The notes beneath the pieces are model-generated. The model did no database searches, had not been told where the DNA came from, and saw only the letters and a program-made list of their open reading frames with translations. The translations under genes and the position numbers were made by a program. From assembly GCA_902551695.1 (NCBI GenBank), contig CACDEI010000003.1:538-64537 (forward strand): a stretch of DNA of 64,000 bases. Direction: 5' to 3'. The DNA is from an uncultured Pseudomonadota bacterium. GTDB taxonomy: Bacteria; Pseudomonadota; Gammaproteobacteria; Ga0077536. The stretch's first letter is position 1. The number at the start of each line of letters is the position of its first letter. Positions 21,004-29,395 of this stretch are shown one piece after another.

Positions 21004-22209
21004 ATGTACGCAGATATCAGAGAGCCTGTTGCGGAAATAAAAGACCGCTTGGAAAAATTCATGGACCAGCATGTTTACCCCAATGAGGAAACGCATAAGC
21101 TGGAGCTAGCAAATGCGGAGAATCGTTTTGGTTCAATGGCATTAATGGAAGATTTAAAGTTAAAAGCTAGAGCCGAAGGGCTATGGAATTTGTTTGTGCC
21201 TAAATCATTCGGGGGCTTGTCAAATTTTGACTATGCTCCTCTTGCGGAAATAATGGGCAGGGTTTTCTGGAGTCCGGAAGTGTTTAATTGTAATGCTCCT
21301 GACACCGGCAATATGGAAGTTTTCATGAAATATGGAAATGAGGAACAACGCCAACAATGGCTTAAGCCGTTGCTAGATGGCGAGATTCGATCGGCCTTTG
21401 TAATGACTGAACCAGATGTGGCATCTAGTGACGCAACTAATATTAGAACGACTATTTTGAGGGATGGTGATGATTACGTAATTAACGGGAGAAAGTGGTT
21501 TATTACTAATGCCTTATATGAGCGAACCAAGATTTTTATTGTTATGGGTAAGTCTTCGCCGGACAATCCGAATAGGCATCTTCAACAAAGCCAGATTTTA
21601 GTGCCCAAGGAAACAAAAGGAATCAAAATCAAACGTGCCCTAACCACACTAGGCTATGATGAGGCGCCCATAGGTCATGCGGAAGTATTATTTGAGGACG
21701 TTCGAGTACCTGTAGAAAATATGTTGCTTGGCGAGGGTAGGGGGTTTGAGATTGCTCAAGGCCGTTTGGGGCCTGGAAGGATTCATCATTGTATGCGCTT
21801 GATAGGCGCTGCTCAGCGTTCATTGGAGTTCGCATGTAAAAGAGTGAATCTAAGAAGCACTTTTGGAAAAAAATTATCGGAGCACCAGTCAGTTCGCGAA
21901 GAAATCGCCAAAAGCTTTGCAGAAATAGAGCAAGCCCGTCAATTGACTCTGCTTACTGCAAAAAAAATGGATGAGGAGGGTGCAAAAAACGCTAAGGATT
22001 TGATCGCTGCTTCAAAAATAACTGTCCCTCTCATGGCGCAGAATGTAATCGACCGGTGTATGCAAGTTCATGGTGCTGGGGGCTTGACTCAAGATTATTT
22101 TATGGCGGAAGCATTCAATTATGCCCGTTGGTGTAGGCAAGCAGACGGCCCTGATCAAGTGCATATGATGGCCTTGGGCAAAGAAATTATTAAACGTTAC
22201 AGCGATTAA
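21004..22209 (+). CDS. Acyl-CoA dehydrogenase family protein
   Basis: Typical ACAD architecture (MTEPDVASSDATN, GRKWFITN, C-terminal helical domain). The ATG at 21004 has a GAGG Shine-Dalgarno. The ORF is open from 20956. Confidence 0.9.
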   Translation: MYADIREPVAEIKDRLEKFMDQHVYPNEETHKLELANAENRFGSMALMEDLKLKARAEGLWNLFVPKSFGGLSNFDYAPLAEIMGRVFWSPEVFNCNAPDTGNMEVFMKYGNEEQRQQWLKPLLDGEIRSAFVMTEPDVASSDATNIRTTILRDGDDYVINGRKWFITNALYERTKIFIVMGKSSPDNPNRHLQQSQILVPKETKGIKIKRALTTLGYDEAPIGHAEVLFEDVRVPVENMLLGEGRGFEIAQGRLGPGRIHHCMRLIGAAQRSLEFACKRVNLRSTFGKKLSEHQSVREEIAKSFAEIEQARQLTLLTAKKMDEEGAKNAKDLIAASKITVPLMAQNVIDRCMQVHGAGGLTQDYFMAEAFNYARWCRQADGPDQVHMMALGKEIIKRYSD

Positions 22210-22218
22210 ATAGCGTTT

Positions 22219-22740
22219 CTAGTCGGTCGGTTTAAGTTCTGATTTAAAACGTTTAAAATTTTGAACATAACGATTGGCCGATTCGGTCAAAGATGCAACT
22301 TGTTCCTTTGACAATTCACGGACTATTTTGCCCGGAGAACCCATTACTAAACTTCCGTCTGGTATCTCTTTACGCTCGCTAATCAGTGCACCTGCTCCGA
22401 TAAGGCAATTTTTCCCTATCTTGGCACCATTTAGTACTATTGCATCAATACCGATTAAGCTGTTATTGCCTATTTCACATCCATGAAGTACTGCTTTATG
22501 GCCTATCGTACAATTTTCTCCGATCGTGAGTGGATATCCTGGATCTGTATGCAGAATTGCCAAGTCCTGTACGTTCGAACCTTTCCCCACAGTGATTAAT
22601 TCATTGTCTCCTCTTAGTACCGCGCCAAACCAGACACTCGCATTTTCTTCTAGAAGTACTTTGCCTATCACACTGGCATTGTCAGCTATAAAAAAATCAC
22701 CAATGGTTTCTAGTTTTTCGGACCCTAGATCGTATTTCAA
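22219..22740 (-). CDS. Gamma-carbonic-anhydrase-like left-handed beta-helix protein
   Basis: 173 aa with hexapeptide repeats and a YrdA/PaaY-like pattern ([15 protein letters not shown]). Confidence 0.85.
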   Translation of the reverse strand: MKYDLGSEKLETIGDFFIADNASVIGKVLLEENASVWFGAVLRGDNELITVGKGSNVQDLAILHTDPGYPLTIGENCTIGHKAVLHGCEIGNNSLIGIDAIVLNGAKIGKNCLIGAGALISERKEIPDGSLVMGSPGKIVRELSKEQVASLTESANRYVQNFKRFKSELKPTD

Positions 22741-22859
22741 TTTGTTTCTCCTAAATCCCTTTTCGAGACACTATACTAAATAGCTTAAACATTTGTTATT
22801 GGCGGAACCACTAAAGAACTGGTAGATAGAGGTGAATTTTAGTCGTAACATGTTTTTCT

Positions 22860-24047
22860 ATGAGTCCCAAAGTAAGATTTAGTTTTTATGAGAGTGTGCT
22901 GGGCAAATGTGCTTTAGTCTGGGGCGGTGAGGGCGTTTTACGTAACTTCCTGCCCTTCGAAAGCCCTTCTGAAACGCAAAATGAAGTTTTACATGAATTT
23001 GCTGAGGCAGTTGAAACGGGCCTCAACAAAGAAATGCAAAAGGTGGTGTCGAAATTGAGACTTGCAATTTCAGGTGCCAAGGTAGATTTCAATGATGTGT
23101 TGATCAACAAATCAAATTGGTCCCCTTTTAATAAAAAGATCTATGAGTACACTCAGTCTATCCCTACCGGTTCGACCACCACTTATGGTTTTTTGGCAGA
23201 CGCTATAGGTCATCCCAATGCTTTCAGAGCCGTAGGTACTGCTTTAGGCAAGAACCCGTTGCCAATAATAATTCCCTGTCATCGAGTTTTGGGCAGAGAC
23301 GGTAGTCTTCGCGGATTCTCTGCGTCTAACGGTATAATTACAAAGCAAATTCTACTCCGGCTGGAGGGATGCGAGGTTCAACCCCCCTTTATAGGTTATG
23401 ACCCGCTAGAATCCTCTGATTTCCTAGCTAAATCAGATCCCAGATTAGCTAAATTGATCAAACTTGTCGGCCCTCCATGTATTAACATACCTCGAAAAGT
23501 TCAAATTTTCGAGCCTCTTTCAAGGGCAATTATTAGCCAACAAATTAGTGTAAAAGCCGCCCAAAGTATTAGCAGGAAGTTGACTGAAGAATTCGGTAAG
23601 AAGAATGGGAATTTAGATATCGAACGCATTTTCAAAGCTCGACATGAAAAATTAAAAGCCTGTGGGCTATCTGAAAACAAAGCTCAGTATCTTAAAGAAC
23701 TTTCAAAACATGCTCGAGATAAGCAACTACCCTCTGGTGGAGAGTTAAAATGTATGTCCAACTCGGAGGTCGTAGATTCCCTTACAAAACTAAAAGGAGT
23801 TGGAAAATGGACTGCTGAGATGATACTGATTTTTCAGTTGGGCCGAGCCGATGTGTTGGCGGTTGATGACTTGGCGTTGAGAAAAGGTCACGGTATCTTG
23901 TTAGGTAAGAAAAATCATGAGTCTAGTCGCGAACAACTTGAAACATATGCGAAGCGGTGGAGGCCTTATAGGAGTGCAGGTTGTTGGTATCTGTGGAGGC
24001 TAAATAAAATTTCACTAATGAACGACTATTTAACAGAGGTTGGTTAA
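22860..24047 (+). CDS. Fusion protein: O6-alkylguanine-DNA methyltransferase (N-terminal) plus DNA-3-methyladenine glycosylase II (HhH-GPD, C-terminal)
   Basis: An IIPCHRV active-site motif lies in the N-terminal half. An AlkA-like HhH motif, LKGVGKWTAEMILIF...VDDLALRKG, lies in the C-terminal half. Confidence 0.85.
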   Translation: MSPKVRFSFYESVLGKCALVWGGEGVLRNFLPFESPSETQNEVLHEFAEAVETGLNKEMQKVVSKLRLAISGAKVDFNDVLINKSNWSPFNKKIYEYTQSIPTGSTTTYGFLADAIGHPNAFRAVGTALGKNPLPIIIPCHRVLGRDGSLRGFSASNGIITKQILLRLEGCEVQPPFIGYDPLESSDFLAKSDPRLAKLIKLVGPPCINIPRKVQIFEPLSRAIISQQISVKAAQSISRKLTEEFGKKNGNLDIERIFKARHEKLKACGLSENKAQYLKELSKHARDKQLPSGGELKCMSNSEVVDSLTKLKGVGKWTAEMILIFQLGRADVLAVDDLALRKGHGILLGKKNHESSREQLETYAKRWRPYRSAGCWYLWRLNKISLMNDYLTEVG

Positions 24048-24063
24048 GCTGTTTATGCCGATA

Positions 24064-25473
24064 TCAGTCTAAAAGGGGTCTCATTTTATGCCAATTGGTC
24101 ATTTTTTCGTAGGCTGAAGAGATTTTTATGAGAGTGCTCTCTTCCCCTTTTTTGCCGATAAATTGCATGGAGGTGGGCAGACCATCTTCAGTGAATCCAT
24201 TTAACAAAGTGATAGATGGGTGTCCAGAAAAGTTAGTGGGTGCGGAGAACCTTACCAAAGGGGGAATTTCTTCGATGGGAGATACTGCTTGAGGGGGCAC
24301 TGCCGAGATTGAAGGTGCAGGGTTCGGCATGCCCGGACATACCATTACATCGATTCCGCTTAATAGCTCGTTTATGAGAGCGTTGGTTGATTGGCGCTGT
24401 CTGGTGGCTCTCGCATAAGCTACAGAATCTACTTTTTCACCATATTCTAGGAGTGCACGAAATACGGGGCCGTAGTCCTCCCGATGTTTTGGAAAAAATT
24501 GTTGGTGACTTATTAGGGCTTCAACAGAGCATATAGTCATCCAGTGTTCTGCTGCATCGTAGAGTTCAGGCGCCGTCAGTTCTAGAATAGTCGCTCCATT
24601 TTCTTCCAATAATTCTATGGATTTGAAAAGTGCAGTGGTCATTTCTGGATCGGTGTCAGTTGTGCAATAAACCCTATCGATGCCTATTTTTAATCCACTT
24701 ATGTCCTTTCCAATTTCCTGAAGATAGTTAGTCTCCTTATCTAGTCTAGTCGAGGCATCTCTTGGATCACGCCCTTCTAGGATTTGTAGCATTGCAGCCG
24801 CGTCCCAAACACTCCTAGCCATTGGTCCGATGTGGTCTAAAGTATCAGCAAGAGGAAAAACACCATAGCGACTTACTTTGCCAAAGGTTGGTTTAATTCC
24901 TACGATTCCACATGCAGCGGCGGGAAAACGGATGGAACCCCCTGTATCCGTCCCAAGGCTAGCGAAGCAAAGAGAGGCGGCAGTTGCCGCGCCGGAGCCG
25001 GATGAGGAGACTCCTGCCCAGTGATCTTTGTTCCAGGGGTTTCTCGGAAACTCTAGTTTGGGGTGGTAACCATATAGCGCAAATTCAGTTAAGTTAAGCT
25101 TGCCGAGCATCACACTACCCGCGGCCTGCAGTTTTTCAACAACGGTTGCATCATAGCTAGGTACAAAATTTTCCATAAGCGTGGATGCACATTTTGTCGG
25201 AATATCGGCGGTATATATCAAATCTTTGTACGCAATGGGTATGCCGTGAAGGGGGCCAAGACATTCTCCTTTCAGAATCTGCTTCTCTGCTAACTCTGCA
25301 TCCGAAATGGCTTTATCTGCAGTAACAAGGGAATAACTGTGAATTTCATCATCGTACTTCTCGATCCGAGATAGCATCCCCTTTGTCAACTCAGTAGGTG
25401 AAATCTCCTTGTTCTTTATTAAAGGCGCGAGCTCTTGGATATTTTTTGTCAGTAGTTCCGAAAGATCACTCAA
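24064..25473 (-). CDS. Amidase-signature family amidase
   Basis: GVSSSGSGAA and GTDTGGSIRFPAA signature motifs. 469 aa. Confidence 0.9.
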   Translation of the reverse strand: MSDLSELLTKNIQELAPLIKNKEISPTELTKGMLSRIEKYDDEIHSYSLVTADKAISDAELAEKQILKGECLGPLHGIPIAYKDLIYTADIPTKCASTLMENFVPSYDATVVEKLQAAGSVMLGKLNLTEFALYGYHPKLEFPRNPWNKDHWAGVSSSGSGAATAASLCFASLGTDTGGSIRFPAAACGIVGIKPTFGKVSRYGVFPLADTLDHIGPMARSVWDAAAMLQILEGRDPRDASTRLDKETNYLQEIGKDISGLKIGIDRVYCTTDTDPEMTTALFKSIELLEENGATILELTAPELYDAAEHWMTICSVEALISHQQFFPKHREDYGPVFRALLEYGEKVDSVAYARATRQRQSTNALINELLSGIDVMVCPGMPNPAPSISAVPPQAVSPIEEIPPLVRFSAPTNFSGHPSITLLNGFTEDGLPTSMQFIGKKGEESTLIKISSAYEKMTNWHKMRPLLD

Positions 25474-25613
25474 ATCGATTTCTCCACATTATTTTCAGTC
25501 AATATCTTTTATTCTCTGATTTTTGATGTGTTATCTAATAAAAGGCCTCTAGTTTGCTGGCTTTGAGTGTAACTCTATTGTGTAGTGGGTTACCAGGCAC
25601 GGCGCATTTTTCA

Positions 25614-25829
25614 CTACCCAAAACGGATCAGGTCCTCCGAAGTGGGAAAGCCTCCACATGAGCTTTTTTCCTTTGAAAATACCTTGATTCCATTAATATA
25701 AATATCAAAAACGCCACCAGATCCTTCAGTCAATGTAACCTCTTTATGGCCAAGAGAAGATAATTCATCCCTCACACGGAGAGCTTCTGGTCGGTAATTT
25801 CATACCCCGCAATATTTTATTTCAACCAT
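25614..25829 (-). CDS. SelW-like (Rdx family) selenoprotein with in-frame UGA (Sec at codon 10)
   Basis: Not in the ORF track. Manual translation gives MVEIKYCGV[TGA]NYRPEALRVRDELSSLGHKEVTLTEGSGGVFDIYINGIKVFSKEKSSCGGFPTSEDLIRFG*. It has a CxxU redox motif and the GGVF....G..(I/V)FSK....FP core typical of SelW/Rdx proteins. The ATG lies 5 nt after the cinA stop. Confidence 0.8.
25769..25783 (-). promoter_or_regulatory. Candidate bacterial SECIS apical hairpin
   Basis: The mRNA reads CUCUC-CGUGU-GAGGG, a 5-bp stem including one G-U pair. The loop contains G and U and begins 17 nt after the UGA. Flanking CCAGAAG / CUUCUCUUGG could extend the helix. Confidence 0.4.
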
Positions 25830-25834
25830 CACTT

Positions 25835-27070
25835 TTAGCTCACTGTTTTGCATAGTTGCAACCTTAACGCATTCAGTAGGCTTATTACACTAAATTGTCC
25901 AATTCTTGCTTTATCCCCTGGTAAAAGTACTTTTTCAATCAGATTAGTTTTTCCATAGGCTATTCCGAGATAGGTCTCCCCTTTAGCGCTTGAACCAGTC
26001 TGATCATGGGTGCCCGTTATTGAGAGTCCAATGTCAGCCGAAAATAGTGATTTAACCTTCTGGGCTAAGTGAGTGGCAGATTCCTCAGTCCCTATAGAAT
26101 CCTGATCTAAGCCTAAAATGGCCATCCTTGAAATTTCGGAATTCGGGACAATCCCACCGAGGAATATAGAGCCCTCAGGGTCGGCGTTACTTAGGCGTGC
26201 GGATGCGACCCCAGCGCTGGTTAGCTCGGCTATTGCTACAGTAAGTTTTAGTCGCTTAAGGATATCTACTATGATGGATTCCATAGTTTCATCATCGATG
26301 CCGAAAATGCAGTCGCCAAGTATGCCTCTAATTACGGATTCTTCCTCTTTGAGTAATACTTCTAGCTTTTGGGAATTTTGAGCTCTAGCGGTTATCCTGA
26401 CTTTTAATCCTTCTATACCGCTAGCCAGGAAAGCCAAGGTAACCTCTTTAGATTCATTTAGGTATTCTATTCTTTGGCTTAGCATCTCTGCTAGTTTTGA
26501 TTCGCTGTGACCCCACGTTTTTATTACCCTGCTTCCTATTACATTCTTTCTTCCAGATCTCCTGACTATATCCGAAAGGATCGTGGATTGAATCATTTGT
26601 TTTAGTTCGTATGGGACGCCTGGCACTGCGTAAATTACTTTATCATCGATTGGGCAGATAAGACCGGGAGCGGTTCCTGGTTGATCTTCTATCGCCGTCG
26701 CTCCGACCGGCACCAACGCTTGTCTCAGATTATTTTGAGGCATGCTACGTCCTCTTGACTCAAACATTTTTCTTATTTTGTTCTCAATATGTTTATTGCT
26801 TTGAAGAGTTGTCCCCATTACTTTGGCGATAGCTTCGCGAGTGATATCGTCTTGAGTGGGGCCTAATCCACCGCAACAGATAATTGCTTCGGCTCTCTCT
26901 AAAGAGGATCTCAAGGTGGTGACGATTCTCTCGATATTATCTCCCACCTTTATTTGAAGGTGAGAATCTATTCCATTCAACGCCAGTTGCTCCCCCAACC
27001 AGGAAGAGTTTGTGTCGATTATTTGACCCAGCAATAGTTCCGTCCCGATGGCTACAACTTCACAACGCAT
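25835..27070 (-). CDS. cinA: CinA-family protein (MoCF-binding domain plus nicotinamide-nucleotide amidohydrolase PncC domain)
   Basis: The N-terminus EVVAIGTELLLGQIIDTNSSWLGEQL is typical CinA. 411 aa. Confidence 0.9.
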   Translation of the reverse strand: MRCEVVAIGTELLLGQIIDTNSSWLGEQLALNGIDSHLQIKVGDNIERIVTTLRSSLERAEAIICCGGLGPTQDDITREAIAKVMGTTLQSNKHIENKIRKMFESRGRSMPQNNLRQALVPVGATAIEDQPGTAPGLICPIDDKVIYAVPGVPYELKQMIQSTILSDIVRRSGRKNVIGSRVIKTWGHSESKLAEMLSQRIEYLNESKEVTLAFLASGIEGLKVRITARAQNSQKLEVLLKEEESVIRGILGDCIFGIDDETMESIIVDILKRLKLTVAIAELTSAGVASARLSNADPEGSIFLGGIVPNSEISRMAILGLDQDSIGTEESATHLAQKVKSLFSADIGLSITGTHDQTGSSAKGETYLGIAYGKTNLIEKVLLPGDKARIGQFSVISLLNALRLQLCKTVS

Positions 27071-27254
27071 GTCTTGAATTCCTATAAAATTAGCAGTGAG
27101 TCAAGTATACTGGAAACTTAATTTGCGCAAGAGTATTAAAGAGAAAAAATTTGGTTGCAATTATAAGAATCACAGGTGATTTTTTTTGAGTATATTTCTT
27201 AGATCAATATCAAGTTGTCGCATATATAGACACCTCCTGAGCAGATAGATAAAA

Positions 27255-28208
27255 ATGAGATTTACAATATTCGGAGCTGGCTCCTTGGGAACAATAGTTG
27301 CCGCCCTTCTAGTTAGAGGAGGGCATCAGGTCCGAGTAATAGCCAGAGGGAAAAGGGCCGATTACATCAGGAAAAACGGTTTGAGAGTAAATGGTCTAAT
27401 TAAGCTGATCGAACCTTGTGAGGTTTTTGAGAAAGTTGAGCCCGACTTGGATAGTGACGTCCTTATATTTTGTGTAAAGACTTACCAAATGCAACAAGCT
27501 ATGGAAGCAACCAATCGATTAGCGCCGAATGTGGTTTTTTCTTTGGCCAACGGCTTGAAAAAAAATGAGCAACTGAAAAGTCAGTTCCCGGAGTCAAAAA
27601 TTCTCGGTTGTATGGCAAACTTCAGCGGAGAACTTTTAGAATGTGGATTAGTCAATTTTACTCGAAATGTATCTTTCAACTTAGATGGTAATTGCGATGA
27701 AGGGAACACGATAGCGAAAACACTCTCTTTAACAGGATTAAAAAGTATTGCTGATGAGCGTATTGATGCCACTGAGTGGTCAAAATTTACTGGTTGGATC
27801 TCGCTGTTCGCCTTGTCTATTTTAACAAGAAGTCCGATTGGACAATTTTTGAGTACTGATGAATTTGCACGGCAAGCATATTTTCTGATTCGAGAAGTTG
27901 CCTTCTTGGCGGAAAAGAGCGGTGTCACTCTTCATGACGATACAGTTCTCCCAGTTCATACTATCTCTAGGAGTAAACAGGACGGTGCGGTGAGCAAACT
28001 TCTTGCCATAGGTGAGGAATTCAGAGTACATTTTCCGAACCACAAGATATCTGCTTTACAAGACCTTGAAAATAAAAAACCGCTAGAGCTTCATGAGACT
28101 CTTGGGCACGTCGTTGAGATGGCCGCTAAGTTGGCAGTCAACTTAACGGTCAGCCCTATTTATTACCAGTTGATTGCGGGTTTGGATGTTATGAATCGAA
28201 GGTGCTAA
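27255..28208 (+). CDS. Ketopantoate reductase (ApbA/PanE) family oxidoreductase
   Basis: N-terminal Rossmann motif IFGAGSLGTIVAALL. 317 aa. Confidence 0.7.
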   Translation: MRFTIFGAGSLGTIVAALLVRGGHQVRVIARGKRADYIRKNGLRVNGLIKLIEPCEVFEKVEPDLDSDVLIFCVKTYQMQQAMEATNRLAPNVVFSLANGLKKNEQLKSQFPESKILGCMANFSGELLECGLVNFTRNVSFNLDGNCDEGNTIAKTLSLTGLKSIADERIDATEWSKFTGWISLFALSILTRSPIGQFLSTDEFARQAYFLIREVAFLAEKSGVTLHDDTVLPVHTISRSKQDGAVSKLLAIGEEFRVHFPNHKISALQDLENKKPLELHETLGHVVEMAAKLAVNLTVSPIYYQLIAGLDVMNRRC

Positions 28209-28246
28209 TACTGTTCTGAAAAAAAATCAGAAGAGTACATTGATCT

Positions 28247-29143
28247 TTATCCAGGGAGCCCATGAGAATCAAAAAAGTTTTTTACTGCAGAAACAAATTC
28301 ATCTGGGCAGTCATGGTGTACCCAGTGGCCAGCGCCTTTGAAGCCGACAACCTCGGGGTTCCTAAAGAATTTACTTCTACCATCATTTGAAGGATCTGAG
28401 GCCCAGCTCTCGAGCCCATGGATAAGAAGTGTGGGGCATTCTATTTCAGACCAAAGTCCTTGAATGTCCTTTTCGGGCATGTCGTAAGCAGGCCAAGATC
28501 TAACATAGTTATCAAATTTCCATGAGAACGTCCCGTCTTCGTTCTGATTTACTCCATGCACGGTTAGATGCGTAGCCATTTCTTCAGAAAGGTGTTGATT
28601 TTCCTCAGTCATGCGTTTGATTGCACTGTCCATGGAGGCATATTTTTTAGGTGATCTACCGGCCAGATCTCGTCGCTTACTTATCCACGATTTCAATCTA
28701 TCAGAAAGAGGCCTCTCACGGAGCTCGGCCTGCATTTTGGGCGATAGACCGAGACCCTCTATTGCCACTATTGCTCTAACATTTCGGGGATACAATCCAC
28801 TATAACGAAGGGCAATATTTCCACCAAGAGAATGAGAAATGATGGTGACTGGAGCAAGTTTTTGTTGATGGATTAGTTGGTCAAGATCGTACAAGTAAGC
28901 TGCCATCTCATAGTTTCCATCTTCAACCCAATCACTGTCTCCATGGCCTCTGAGATCAGGAACCATTACGTGCCATTCATTGGAGAACTGTTGAGCTATC
29001 CAATCCCAACTTCTCCCATGATCCCTCCCGCCATGGATCAAAAGCAAGGGGTGCGCACCAGAGTTGCCCCAGTCAGTGTAGTGTAGTCGCATTCTCTGTG
29101 AAAAAAATGTGTGGGAGACTGGCCCAATAATTCTTTTGCTCAC
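28247..29143 (-). CDS. Alpha/beta-fold hydrolase
   Basis: HGGRDHG oxyanion region, HSLGG nucleophile elbow and a C-terminal GAGHWVHHD histidine motif. Confidence 0.85.
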   Translation of the reverse strand: MSKRIIGPVSHTFFSQRMRLHYTDWGNSGAHPLLLIHGGRDHGRSWDWIAQQFSNEWHVMVPDLRGHGDSDWVEDGNYEMAAYLYDLDQLIHQQKLAPVTIISHSLGGNIALRYSGLYPRNVRAIVAIEGLGLSPKMQAELRERPLSDRLKSWISKRRDLAGRSPKKYASMDSAIKRMTEENQHLSEEMATHLTVHGVNQNEDGTFSWKFDNYVRSWPAYDMPEKDIQGLWSEIECPTLLIHGLESWASDPSNDGRSKFFRNPEVVGFKGAGHWVHHDCPDEFVSAVKNFFDSHGLPG

Positions 29144-29239
29144 AATTTACTCTCCCTTTATGTCAACAGAAAGTCCATTTTTCCTCACTATCTATACAAC
29201 TTCAATCACCCTATTGGAATAAAAACGGGAGCTTAAATA

Positions 29240-29268
29240 CTCTGCCGAAGCGAGGTGCTCCGGCAGAG
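29240..29268. other. Perfect 8-bp inverted repeat (hairpin) in an intergenic region
   Basis: CTCTGCCG-(13 nt)-CGGCAGAG, read directly from the sequence. Confidence 0.4.
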
Positions 29269-29286
29269 TGAGGAGGGGAAGTACCT

Positions 29287-29322
29287 ATAATTAGGACTCG
29301 GGGGGGAGGTATTCCTAATTAT
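29287..29322. other. Perfect 10-bp inverted repeat (hairpin or operator-like palindrome)
   Basis: ATAATTAGGA-(16-nt G-rich loop)-TCCTAATTAT. A third copy of the TTAGGAAT core lies at about 29369-29376. Confidence 0.4.
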
Positions 29323-29395
29323 GGTGCAGTGCAGTATACCTCAGTTATACCGCAGTGCAACAAACTGTTAGGAATATAGGTATTCAAGAAAGTAA

